In this document: positions 12,201 through 23,589 of the stretch, piece by piece
Position numbering within the stretch: the stretch's first letter is position 1
How the letters are laid out: the number at the start of each line of letters is the position of its first letter
DNA from: Phoronis australis
Lineage: Eukaryota; Animalia; Phoronida
DNA: 64,000 bases
Assembly: GCA_002633005.1 (NCBI GenBank)
Contig: NMRA01000318.1
Span: 145,620-209,619, forward strand
Direction: 5' to 3'
Translations under genes and position numbers: made by a program
The notes under the pieces: generated by a model
Database searches by the model: none
Seen by the model: only the letters and a program-made list of their open reading frames with translations
What the model was told of the DNA's origin: nothing

Positions 12201-15200
12201 TCGGAGGAACGAAAATTGTAATTGCCAGGGCTCCTGCGATCATAGGCGCTCGAATTTTCCGATGACTCATAACCATATATAAGAAACATGTTTTTTTAGT
12301 TGTGAGTTACGTCAGTGGCGATCGAGGAACAGATAAATTCAAGCGCCTGTGCCTGGGGTAGAGGGGTTCATCAATAGGGTCTACATGTGGTATAAAATCG
12401 CCGTGACAAATAGTGCGATTCTGCGGTCAAAAATGCATGGAGCGTGGAGTAGACAGAATATTTCGTGGAAAAAATGAATATTAAGAAACGGGTCAATGTC
12501 TTCACAAACAACATAAGTTAAGGTTTGTGCTCTGTAAACTTTGATAGTGAAACAATTATGGAGTGCGTGTCCAAGTCACCTTGGACTAAGTTGGAGTCGG
12601 AAGACCGACTGAAAACGATGAAACACTAGAAATAACAACGCTTCCTGAAAGGAAATTCAACCGTAACCGGTTATTCGTTGGATTGGAATCGTGGGATGTG
12701 AGTGATGTATGAAATTCTTTTGTTTGAGCCCACGTGCACGCCCGCTGGCTGCTAGTGCTAGGCCTGACCACTTGATTGCAATTTTCTACGTGCCGCCGAA
12801 ACGGGATACAAAGCGCTATTTTTGTTACTGCTAAAAAACGCATTTAATGTTATTTCAATTTATTTTGACATTTTTCGTGTTCTATTTTGTTACTTGAGTT
12901 TTGCAATTAAAGAGAGAAGGGATCACGTGACAGATTCTGAATGATCTGATTGGTCTAAGCCATTGTTTACAAATTCTGCCAGCCTATTTTCAGTGTCCTT
13001 GTAGTTATTTCTTATGTCACATAGTTTCTTCTTTATCAGCGTGGCTTATGAACAATTAACTCCTGTAATTACTGTTTGAAACTGAAAAATTTAGCCAACT
13101 TAGGATTGTGATTGGTATATTTAAAGTTTAAAGTATGTCGTTTTTGACTTACATTTTTCCATGCTAACAATTGGGGTATGAGCCACAGGTTTTCGTCTTG
13201 ACTTTTTTCATTTACTTTGGAATTAAATTTTTTGTTGGAATTAAATGTATTTCAGGCTTTCCATATAATCTATATGGATCGATTTTCAAATTCTTTTTGT
13301 AATTTTGTATCGTAATTATAAGAATTGAAAATAGTTTTATAGGTCTCCCTGCAGCAAATCAAGAATAAGCTCCTGCCACTCACACTGCAAATTTTGCATC
13401 ATCTTTATTATTTTAAAAATATCTTTTGTTGCATCTAATTTACCTTCATTGTTGTTGCTGAAATAGATGTCAAGTACTGCTTAAGATGAGTGCGTTTTGC
13501 CAACACGACACAGTTACAGGGCATCTTGTGATAATAATGTTTACTTTCGAGCTGTTGAGGTATGGTTTAGATTGAAATGTGTATTTAGGGCTGTAAAAAT
13601 TTCCTCATTTTTTGTCATGGGTCATTCCAAGCCCTGTTGTATTCGTGCGTTTGTTTGTGTGTGTGTGTCCGTGCGCGTGTTCGTGCATGTGTTCTTTCGT
13701 GTGGTCGTGCGTGTGTTCTTGCGTGTATGTGTTTGTGTCAGTGCCAAACAGCAGCCTTAAGGAGAACACTGATATAGTTAGTATCATCATTTCCTTACCA
13801 GCACTTAGATTACCATAATTTGAAAGATATATCATAAGAACTTAGGAACGTTGCTGTAAGTGGCTCTACATTATTTTGCATTTCACCCCACTCCTAGATA
13901 ATAAAGGGACTAAATCACCTTTCACTACGTATACTGAAGGTACAAAAACTCTGATAGAGAACTATTCCCACACAAAAAAGGAACTTTTACCTTTAAAAAG
14001 TTGTGACACGTCACAATATGAAATAAACAAATTTGGGACAAAATGCAATTAATGATGATTCGTTGGTTCTTGTTGTTATGTCAGATGTCAGTAAACATTT
14101 GTCTTCCTAGGCTAACCAGCCGAAGGCTGTAATCCGTCTCGATGAAATCAATGCAACATTTGTGCCAGACAAGATTGGAAATATTAATGGACTTCAGTTG
14201 ACCTATCCGACAGACAAAGAAATCCGCCATCTTTACCTCTTTGCTGAAGACGGAAAGGTAATAGTAATGACATTGGTCAGTCACGCATTCGGTAACACAA
14301 GAGTCTCTCAATACGTATAGCTTATTATCATACCTTGTGGCCATAAACTCATAATACGGATTACAACAATTTGCAATGATGGAAAATCTTGACTTATGGA
14401 AGAGAAATTGTGAAATATTTCCAATAATTCAGCATTCCAATTTCACCAGTCACTTCAGTAGAGGTCATGAGGTAGTGAGCTGATCCGCTGAGTAGTAGGG
14501 TTTCGCTAACATGATCTTGCGTACTTTTGCCAAAGTTGAAAGAAACTCACTTTGAGGATTGCTCGAGCCCCATGTTCTCTATGGGGGGAATGAATACCAT
14601 GATGTGTCGTTAGAGCTAGATTATATTGCAATGGTTGTATGCTCTCTAACATTCTGATTAGGTCTAAACTCTCACTGCTGGCTCAAACTTCAGTCAAGGT
14701 GCCATGCGTCGTAAGTAACAGTGCTTCCTCATTTTTGTTTCGATTTCCTTTTACTTGATTTCCAGTTTCCTCATTTTTCATTTCTTTGCAATCATTATTT
14801 TGACTTCATCCATGCTAAAAACGTTTTTTTGCTATTAAATTTTACTACACAAAATTTATGTCTATCACATAAGCCTATTTATTTGAAGATCGCTACGTCC
14901 CTGGGAAAATTTTCCTCTTTTTTGCCATTAGCCATTTAATATTTCAAGCACTGTATTAAGTCAAGCTTGAGTCACACTACCAACCGGAATAAGTCAAGTT
15001 AGCGTCTATTGAAGCAATTGGTGAACTCCATTTGGTCCATGGTGTTGTCTTTTGCAATCATTAACTCGATACATTAAAGAACAGAAACAAAGGCTTCTGT
15101 TCTAAAAGTGAATCAAAGCGTTTGTTTCAAACATGGCACTGAACTTGGCTTTAACCTGGAATGAAAATGAGTGTTCGGCTGGATGGTGAAAGTAATGTGA

Positions 15201-18200
15201 CCAAAGAATGTCAGGTTAGTAGTATGCCTACTTGGGGTATCGCTTTAGTATGTCATGCTTAATCCTCAAGATTTGATAAAGCATAACTTTTTCCATGGTC
15301 TTGGTAGTGTCGAAATGATGTGTAAGCAAGTATATGACATTCTGGGCTTGGCTATTCAAAAACATAGGGGGTAATAAAACAATTATCTTCTCGGACAGGA
15401 TCATAAACCCTTTGTTAAGCTGTGTTTACAAATACTAGAGAACTGGGACAGCTGTATAACTAAGAGCTGGGTCCACAAAGAACTACTTTCACTGACAATC
15501 TATTTTCTATGTCAAGGGCTGTTGTGTGTGAATGACACCCATGATTTACAACAGTCCACAAAATTAAGTCACTATGCGAAATAGTTACCTCCTCTAAGAC
15601 CATGATGAATTATTTATTTTTGCTACCTTGTCAGTACAGAATAATCAATTGGTAAACTTGCTATCTTTTGACATCACTGCAAATGTGCAGAACTTAATGT
15701 GTTTTCTAAAATAAAAATGTTGTTATGCAGACCATGTTAACGAGTACAATTTTTTTTTAAAGTTATTTTTACAAAGAAAACAGAATTTCACTTGTGCACT
15801 ATAACAAGTCATCAACTGAAGAATGTTTACCTTTCAAAAAGGAAGTTCAATGTAAAACCAAACATTTTGGTCCTGGAGGGGGTATCTAGTCTGCACAGTA
15901 GCTTAGAATTTTGCAGGTGGTTGTAAATCATAGGTGTCTTCCACACACACAGAAGGTCTGTGAAAGCAGTTCATTGTTGACCCAGCGCATAGTCTTACAA
16001 CTATCCTAGTTGGACTGTGTAACTATATAAAACCTTTACCAAGGGTTTATTTGTCCTGGCTGAGAAGGTGTTTTATTATGCCCTATGGATAACTGAACAG
16101 ATGAGCCTTGAACGAACTACTGAATTGGGTCATCAAAATACTTTGGTCATATTAATGGACATTCATCTGTATTAATAGAACTTCCATCTTCCAGGATATC
16201 GTCGACTGGTACAATGCGATTCGCAATGCCAAGCTATACCGATTAAGAATTGGACTTCCGACTTCCTCAGACGAAGAAGTAAGTCTTTAGTAATCAGAAT
16301 CGAGTGATGAACATTGGAAAAATACATTGGTTTTTATTATTATTATTTTATTTCATTGAAAATCATTCTTTTTTTTCACTGTACATCATTTGATGATTTC
16401 ACCGAGTTCTCATATCCAGAATGTCAAACACAACATAATCATTTTCGAATTTAGTTCCCCAATGTGAAGCTTGGAATTCACCAGGTGGCATTAGTTAAGA
16501 AATTGTTCACCATGTGACAGTAGCTATGAAATGGTCCACCCGTGTGCATGAATGCACGCATTCAGTTTGCTCAAGTAGCTCACTTATCCCCAAATCCCCC
16601 TTTGTGCTTGGTGAACATCTTTCTGTTCTCGCTTATTCCAATAACAGAAAGAGTACAAGTCCCAGTCTTTGCTGGCGCCACCTATTGACCATTGAGTCGC
16701 ACATTAACTGGAACGCCTTCGAAGTCACCAGCTATTGACCAATGAGTCTCACATTGCTGGAATGGCTTCGCTATGTATGTCCGCCTTCTTTACTTAAGGT
16801 TGTGGGTTCGAGTCCCACTGGGCCACACTGCTAGACCCTTGAGTCAGGTTTCTAGCGCCTCAGCTGAGTTTTAATTAAGTATATATTAATAAAGCACAAA
16901 AATAGTTCCAGGTGATCAGTGCAATGGGCCCACATGCGCTGCCACCAATTTAAAAAATTTAGTGGCTTCGCTGGCACCACTAAGGAGTCTCACATTACTG
17001 GAATGGCTCGTAGCAATTTTGTCCCCTTGCCAATCTTATGAATGAAAATGGTCCTTGTTTGTAATCAATGAGATTTCACTAAGTGTACTATAATGACGTC
17101 ACTTGTGGAATCATCTCCAGTAGCCGTTGTTCACATCTTTGTAAATCCCATTTATGAAATTATTGAGTGAAATGCTTCGGTAATGTGATGTGTTGCTTTT
17201 ATTTGAACCATGTCAGGCTTTTCAAAATTTCAGACAGTCTGTTGTTGGCTTCGTTGGAACGATGAAGTTTATTATCTTAAATGTCACTTTATGCCCTATT
17301 GTGCCTCTCTAAAACATCCTTTTTTCTTTTAAGAATGTTTTACATTCGTTACCAAAATATCTCTTTGAAGCTATATGGTAGCATGCTTGATAAAAAGTAA
17401 AACTTCTAGGAATCTGCAAGTACTTCCTTGACAGTTTCGTGGAATGTTGGCTGAGTGTCTGATTGCAGATATGAACTAAGGAATGCTCCCAGGGAGTACT
17501 TCAGAAGTAGGTGAACTTATGAAGAAACTACTGTAACAATGAACATCTCTGGGCCAACTGGTTGGACATTTTTTATGGATGAACTTTTTTGAGCAGACAC
17601 TGAGAAACTTGGATATTTTGTCCAAAGTATTTATCAGTGCTTGGAATGACCAATGGACAAAAACAGGAAAATTCTCTAGGCATATTTGATAGAAATATTT
17701 TTTGTGTTGTGAAATTTAATTGCAAGAATTTTTTGGCATGAATAAAGTCAAAGTAATGATAATGAAAAGCCGAAAAAAGAGCAAACTGGAAATTAAGAGG
17801 AAATCAATACAAAGAAGAGGAAATCCTTTTAAGAAGAAAATACCAAGCCTTGATTTATAGTGAAATGACATTGTGTGTTCGTCATGCACACTACACAACA
17901 AAAGTAATTGGACAAAATATTGTTTCCCTGTCATGATGGCTTATTATGTTTACAGCAAAAATGGCTGGCAGTAACCAAGGGGCAAATGTGAAATCGTGAA
18001 TGGCTTGGTCACCTTTACTAACTTACTTGTTAATTCCCTTTCATTCTTGGTCTGAAGATAAAGTCAGTTTTTGCCCAACTGTCATGACGGGGAACTCCGG
18101 GTCATGCACACTGTTGAGTTGTACTGTAGGTATCCCCATCAGAAAGTGCGTAGTGTCAGCCTTAGGTCACAATGGACTAACACAGTGTCAAAGAACAAGA

Positions 18201-20076
18201 AGTGATCAAATGACATGCCCTTAAACAAGTACATCCTAAAGGACAAAAAATCGGTTCTTAAGCAAACTTCACCCGTTACTGTTATTTTCTTTGATGGTCG
18301 CATTTTCACGGTCATTGCCTTCTTGTGGTTCTTGGATCCCAGTTAGTGAAACTGCGGGTAGGTTAATTGTGGGCAATACGCTTGTCATTCCAGCTTGCTC
18401 AACGGTTGACAAGAGACTATGTCATGGAAGGTTGGCTCTCAAAGAAAGGACCTAAGCCTAATGACAGATATTTAAAGCGTTGGTGCTCATTAGATGGGCG
18501 ACTGTTCATGTATCAAAGTGACACACTAGTAAGTTCATGTGATATCGCCCAGTATTGTTTACCCTGCTTATGTATCAAGTTGACACACTGGTAAATTCAT
18601 GTGATATTGCTCGGTGTTGTTTATCCTGTGTATGTAATGAAGTTGACGTACTTTGAAGTCCTTTTGATATTGCCCAATATTGTTTATCCTTGTCTTGTAT
18701 CAAGTTGACACTGCCAAGCTCATACCTTGTAGTCGACACGTTCTTCATATTTCTTTCTTTCAGAAAATACTTTTACACAGTTTAAAATCAATACTTTTTG
18801 TAAATGTTGGCTGAATTTACAGACTTCTCAATAAAGTCTTACACAACCTTAAACTAGTTATTGAAAGTAAATGTAGCTCATTTTCTGGTGAAATTAAGAC
18901 TACACATTTTGGACAACCTTATCAATGATTGTTCTCAAATGCTTTATGTGTTTCAAAATGTGACTTCAAAATTTTTAAACAGTTTCTTTTTTGCTACATA
19001 GCTGATTGCTAGAAATGACGTACAGTAACTTAATGTTTTCTTGTGAACAAGCACCTACTTTATTTCATACATTGTCTACACGCTGCACCCCCAATTACTT
19101 TCAGAGTGCTATGCCTGCTGGGGAATTTGGGATTGGGACGGAGGAAACAGGGTTCTCCATGTCTTCCAATGGGATTGTCAATGAAGGATATGGCTTCACC
19201 ATTTCGACACCCAACCGAGATTATCAGTTCGTGGCAGAGACGGAACAAGAACGCAACGAGTGGCTTATTGCTCTGAAGAAAATTATGGATCAAGAGCTGA
19301 CGCCACACGATGTCAAGCGTGAGTGCACTCAGTTGTCGGCTGCCCTATGTTCTAATAGTTATACCGCCACATTTCACATCTTCGATGTCCTGCGTTTGAT
19401 AGAATGTCGGGATGAGATTTTGCTACACAGATTTAATTTCTGTGAAGTTGTTCAGTTCTTGGCAGTAGCACTCCTTTGCGTGATGAGTTAGGTGTATATC
19501 ATCATCTGATGTAATTGCACTCAACTGGCTGTCTAAAATTTGTGTGATTAATGTGCCCCTTTTTCTCAACCCATCGAAACATTGCTGATTGATTTAGATA
19601 AATATATAGTTGTTTGTCTAAGAATAATTGCTAAACAATATTATTTTTGAAACTGCTCGTATAGTTTTGATATTCACTTGGGACCTTCAATTTCCTTTTG
19701 TCTTTCGAATGGTAGAGAACATTTTGTACGCTTGTTAAACTTATTTTTTCGTAAATAATATTCTGAACTAAGAGGTTGAACAGGCAGAATCTTCTGCCAA
19801 AATAGTACACACTGCAAGCAGTGTTTTTCATTAAAAGTGCCTCCGTTTTTAGGCCGGCGTTCATATCTGGCTTCGGAACTACGTAATGATAAGGATGCCA
19901 ATCTTCAGTGGCTTATGCTGCAAAATGGCCTTTGTAGTGAATCAATTGTCCACAAGGTGTTGTTCTCAAGAAAGTTCATGTTGAAACTTGTCTCCATTCA
20001 CATTTTATCTTCCATCAGTTAGTAATGTTTTTTACTTGAAACTCTTGCAGTGCTAGCCAAGTACAGTGGAAAGTGA
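6216..20076 (+). CDS. ADAP1: ArfGAP with dual PH domains (centaurin-alpha; ADAP1/ADAP2 co-orthologue), 9 coding exons, ~371 aa
   Basis: Manual splice model join(6216-6294,9364-9512,10600-10691,11678-11867,14111-14257,16195-16278,18394-18528,19105-19318,20051-20076) = 1116 nt, phases all compatible. Contains [29 protein letters not shown] (ArfGAP zinc finger and Arg finger), REQWIRAKY, and two PH domains (KEGNLWKKGK; MEGWLSKKGP..ETEQERNEW). Confidence 0.96.
7066..7470. mobile_element. MITE family A copy in ADAP1 intron 1
   Basis: TIRs gacagtgccactgtcttggctg..ggacggtgaaactcct / aggagcttcaccgtcc..cagtcaagatagtggcactgtc; interior matches 2532-3103; 21-bp tandem duplication at ~7250-7291. Confidence 0.8.
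7985..8205. mobile_element. Rearranged fragments of MITE family A
   Basis: gagttggaaggaattaa..cctcctaaggtgtc and its inverted partner match family A arms. Confidence 0.6.
9364..9512 (+). CDS. ADAP1: ADAP1 exon 2 (ArfGAP zinc finger, ..[42 protein letters not shown])
   Basis: Acceptor ttttgttttcag. Donor is probably AAG/GCAAGT at 9513, with an alternative GT at 9507. Confidence 0.93.
10600..10691 (+). CDS. ADAP1: ADAP1 exon 3 (MMESVGNTRAKVKYESLVPVCYKRPNASSV)
   Basis: Acceptor ctgtttcag, donor gtaaga; matches the ArfGAP 'M.S.GN..A...E' segment. Confidence 0.93.
11678..11867 (+). CDS. ADAP1: ADAP1 exon 4 (VVREQWIRAKYDR..start of PH1)
   Basis: Acceptor tttttag, donor gtgagt; lies within ORF 11571-11879. 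Confidence 0.95.
13644..13740. repeat. Degenerate (GT)n/(GCGT)n microsatellite
   Basis: gtgtgtgtgtccgtgcgcgtgttcgtgcatgtg.. Confidence 0.7.
14111..14257 (+). CDS. ADAP1: ADAP1 exon 5 (ANQPKAVIRLDEINATFVPDKIGNINGLQLTY..LYLFAEDGK)
   Basis: Acceptor cttcctag, donor gtaata; 147 nt, phase 0/0; PH1. Confidence 0.94.
16195..16278 (+). CDS. ADAP1: ADAP1 exon 6 (DIVDWYNAIRNAKLYRLRIGLPTSSDEE)
   Basis: Acceptor cttccag, donor gtaagt; PH1 C-terminal helix. Confidence 0.94.
16775..16940 (+). mobile_element. tRNA-derived SINE, truncated copy
   Basis: B box GGTTCGAGTCCC followed by a body matching 46320-46558. Confidence 0.8.
18394..18528 (+). CDS. ADAP1: ADAP1 exon 7 (LAQRLTRDYVMEGWLSKKGPKPNDRYLKRWCSLDGRLFMYQSDTL)
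   Basis: Acceptor cattccag, donor gtaagt; start of PH2. Confidence 0.94.
18509..18715 (+). repeat. ~62-bp tandem repeat (~3.3 copies) starting inside ADAP1 exon 7 and spanning its donor
   Basis: tgtatcaaagtgacacactagtaagttcatgtgatatcgcccagtattgtttaccctg.. repeated at 18571, ~18633, ~18696. Confidence 0.85.
19105..19318 (+). CDS. ADAP1: ADAP1 exon 8 (PH2 C-terminal half)
   Basis: Acceptor ctttcag, donor gtgagt; FTISTPNRDYQFVAETEQERNEW. Confidence 0.94.
20051..20076 (+). CDS. ADAP1: ADAP1 last coding exon (LLAKYSGK*)
   Basis: Acceptor ctcttgcag in the required phase 1; TGA ends 20076; gives a total length typical of the family. Confidence 0.75.
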
Positions 20077-22300
20077 TGACGGAAGACAGTAGATAAAGAA
20101 AACCAAGCTGCCCATGAAACAAACCTGGTCACAGATTCTGGAAGTAATCCAAATGTAAAATTTCACAGGGTATCTCTTGTTACTGAATTTCATGACTAGG
20201 TACCGTAACGATATTGATTTGGATCATATTAACGTTAACATTTTGGTTTCATTATAAAATTGCTGCTTGGATATTGGAATTTTCCACGTTAGAGTATTAA
20301 GTTTTGCACGAGCAGCATAGCATGGATCTCGTCTGCCTGCAGACCGGGTGGCTAGAACTTACCTCCGGGGATTACTGTACATAAGTCTTTACATTGACAT
20401 TGGCCACCAATATATAATTAATAATGACTTGTCTCATTAAAAAAACTTGTAACTTGTGGAAAAACTATGCCGCTGCTTACCATCATTCTGCTGCTAAATC
20501 TGTAATGAGTGATTGCGTGTGCTTTGAGCTGGATGATTCTTCAATAAAGTCCACCCTTCATGAGGTTATGTTAGTTAGCAACAAATCATCCAAATTGGTT
20601 TCACTTTCGTTTAATTTTCAGTACTGAATTTTTGGTCATGTCGCTTCAGCAGAATTGTCACTAGCACCTCTGGCAGCTATTATTTCTGCAAGACACTTTT
20701 TGCTCCTGAAAAATTTCCCTGACCATTGTTTCGGAAAGAATTTCTTCCAAGTCAACCTTTGTTTCCGAAAAAACACCTTTCCAAAACTCACTTTGTGGTT
20801 ATGGGCGCTTTATCAGAAATCCCCAGAATGTAGACAGTCCTATTGTGCTGTTCAAGCCTCGTTTCAGAGACAAATTAATATTCACGAGATGGATCTATAT
20901 TAAGAATGGCCTATTGTTGGTATCCATTGCATATTGTTTGTGCATTTGACTATGAGGGTCTTAGTTGATTTGAGTCGTTTTGAGCTGAAATGTGCTGGCA
21001 ACTTTCCTGAGCAGAAGTTTTCAAAAAAAGTTAAAGCCTCTTGTTGAATGTCAACAAAATTTTGCATCATCAAAAATTACGACCTAGTGTGTTATTTCAT
21101 TTGGTGTTACTTTCTGGCCATTTTCCTTCTGAATTTTACTCATACATTCAATGATGCCAGTCAAATTTGACAGAATTTGTCAAATTGCCTTTAAAACTGT
21201 TGTGCGATTTTGTTGTTTGGGCATTTTCCAACTGACTTTCACCAAAGTTGTTATATAGTTTTTAGGCATTAATGCAACATCACGGATCTTTGAGGTCCGA
21301 AAAACAGCACAAGGACCCATGGCAAATAGGTGAATTCAGTTTTTTTACATCATCCACTATAAGCCAAAGACAAAATTAAAAAAACCATGCCCAATTCAAA
21401 TTTACAGCCTTATACAATTTACAATCAGCAACACTTACGTACTTTTATTTCCAAAATTCTGAGTGGTCAAAGAAATTGGGATTTATTGATTTTGCTTTAA
21501 TCATTGATTATACTTAGGATTCGCAGCTTTACTCATGCCTTTTAGAGCTTTTTTTCTTTCAGTTTTAATAATAACTTTTCTCATGAACACAAATGTAGCA
21601 TGGCAAAATGTAGTATTAGCAACAAATCGCATTAAAGTTGGTCGACACTGAGCAGACATGAACCGGGTTACATATGTGATGTTTCTCTTTAGTTGGATTA
21701 GCTTTGCTGTGTTTAATATGAAGTCAAAAGCACATTACCAGGTTTTGCATAACTAGTGTTGCGACTGCATGGGTTGCAGGCCAAGTCACCATGGGGATGC
21801 AAGTTGTAAGTCTATTTACTTTTAGTCTATGGATTTGAGCTACAAATTTATAATAACGTCACAATTTTCTTTTTGCCATGTTTTTGTATGGAAAGTTTAT
21901 TTTTGTCAATTTTTATAAATTTATTGACTGTAGAGAGAGAAAGACTTATTGTAATTTGTAACATGTGTATTTAGTACTCCATTAACACTGTTCAGTTTAT
22001 AGATGTAAAACCATAAGGTAGGGAAGTTATTTTCGGGACACATCTGCAGTGATGTAAAGTGTTCCTAAAACATAGTGCTATTTTGTGGTATTATAAAAAT
22101 ATATAACTATACTGTGAAGCAAGTTACTTTTTCCACACACAGACACATAAAGCTTACACAGTCAAAGATTCTTTATGGCAACCATTTTTTAATTCAATTT
22201 GGCTTCGATGTGGTTGTGTATTGAATTTGACCAATTGTGATAGACAGTGTAGTTATTGTATTAAACCACAACACTGGTCTATACAGCACATGTCAAATAC

Positions 22301-22314
22301 AATAAAATTTTATT
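22301..22314. terminator. Adjacent poly(A) signals on opposite strands (AATAAA + 22301-22306; AATAAA - 22314-22309)
   Basis: Sequence aataaaattttatt between the convergent ADAP1 and NAT9 stops; actual use not shown. Confidence 0.4.
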
Positions 22315-22649
22315 TCCAAGGTACAAGAATGTCAGTGGTAACAATTCCAACATTTCCTCAGATGAGCTGGGCTGTGTTCTATAGATGCAAAAACTTAACG
22401 AAAGCGCAAAATCATGCCTGTCATTGCAATTTAAGTGTTTTCACAAAACGCCATAATTGGCCACGAAAGTCACTTCCTTACATTTCGTGTAATTTTGCAT
22501 AGAGAATCGGGGGGAGGGTGTCATTTATTCAATTATTTATACATAAATGATGTCAATAAAATAAAGTACACGGGGGAATGAAGTCAGCCAACTTGGTTAC
22601 AACATACAAAGTAGACTATTTTAGTGTCTAAAAACATACCGTGTTGCCA

Positions 22650-22950
22650 TGCCTTCAGGCTCATGAACCTATATCCAAAATGATGCCCCTTTTCTCTGCC
22701 TCTTTTTTTTAACCCAAGTCGAGTGGTTCGCACATTGGTGCATGCACCTAGGTTTTGCATTTAAGCCCAGCTAATGTCCTGTGCATAGTATTTTATATAA
22801 ATTGGCACATAAGCCAACGTTTTCTTTTTAAAAATTCACTTGTTTTCACGAACAACATTTTAAAGTATTGGTTCACATGTTAGCACATGCGCCAAAGTTT
22901 CACATATAAGTGGACTTGCACACAGACGCCCATGGGCCTAATGGCGCGAC
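22650..22950. mobile_element. Interspersed repeat related to 33275-33607
   Basis: Shares gtggttcgcacattggtgcatgc and gcacagacgcccatgggcctaatggcgcg. Confidence 0.65.
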
Positions 22951-23475
22951 AATGCGATGTGTCTTGAATTACGGGTCACTCTCGCCTGAAATACACATAG
23001 AAACTTAGCACATTGCTATTAGATCAATCAATGGCCTCGGAAATGCTACCCTTGTGTGAATTCAATTTTACTCAGCGTGGCATTACCACGTTTAAGAAAT
23101 CTCCCTGTCCCTGATCACCCAAGACCTTGGTGGCTAATCAGACCGGGGTTGCATTCAATAACGCTGTCTTGCGAGTTACTTACGACCTAACTGACATTCA
23201 CTAGCAAAATGGCCGCCAAACTAGAAGTGACGAGATAGTCACTCAGAATGTTGAAGTGTAGCTGGAAATGGTAAGTTACTGACATCAGTGATGCTCCTCA
23301 TTTCCTTTGCCTGTGTTTTAGTGACAAAGGGGGTTACACAAACACCCACACTGCTCAAAGTATGCAATGCACATTCCAGGATTTCTAGCTCCAAGTGTCT
23401 TTGGCATGCTTCACGTTGTATTGAATATACTCCCCTGTCTTTGCAGAGCGTTGTAATATTAACAAGAAGCAGCTG

Positions 23476-23589
23476 TTAAGGCCATTCTTCAAGGCGTGAT
23501 TCGCTGGTTTGCTTCAGTACAGCATTTCTCACACTTTCATCAACATTCAGGGCCAATGTTACCTCTTGAAAGACATCGCTTCTTGCAAC
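23476..23589 (-). CDS. NAT9: NAT9 coding exon 6 ([20 protein letters not shown])
   Basis: Acceptor gatttcag; TAA ends at 23476. Confidence 0.93.
   Translation of the reverse strand, partial: VARSDVFQEVTLALNVDESVRNAVLKQTSESRLEEWP

Noticed and set aside
13497-13835. His/Thr-rich and Val/Cys-rich ORFs
   Set aside because: Translations of a (GT)n-like microsatellite inside an ADAP1 intron.
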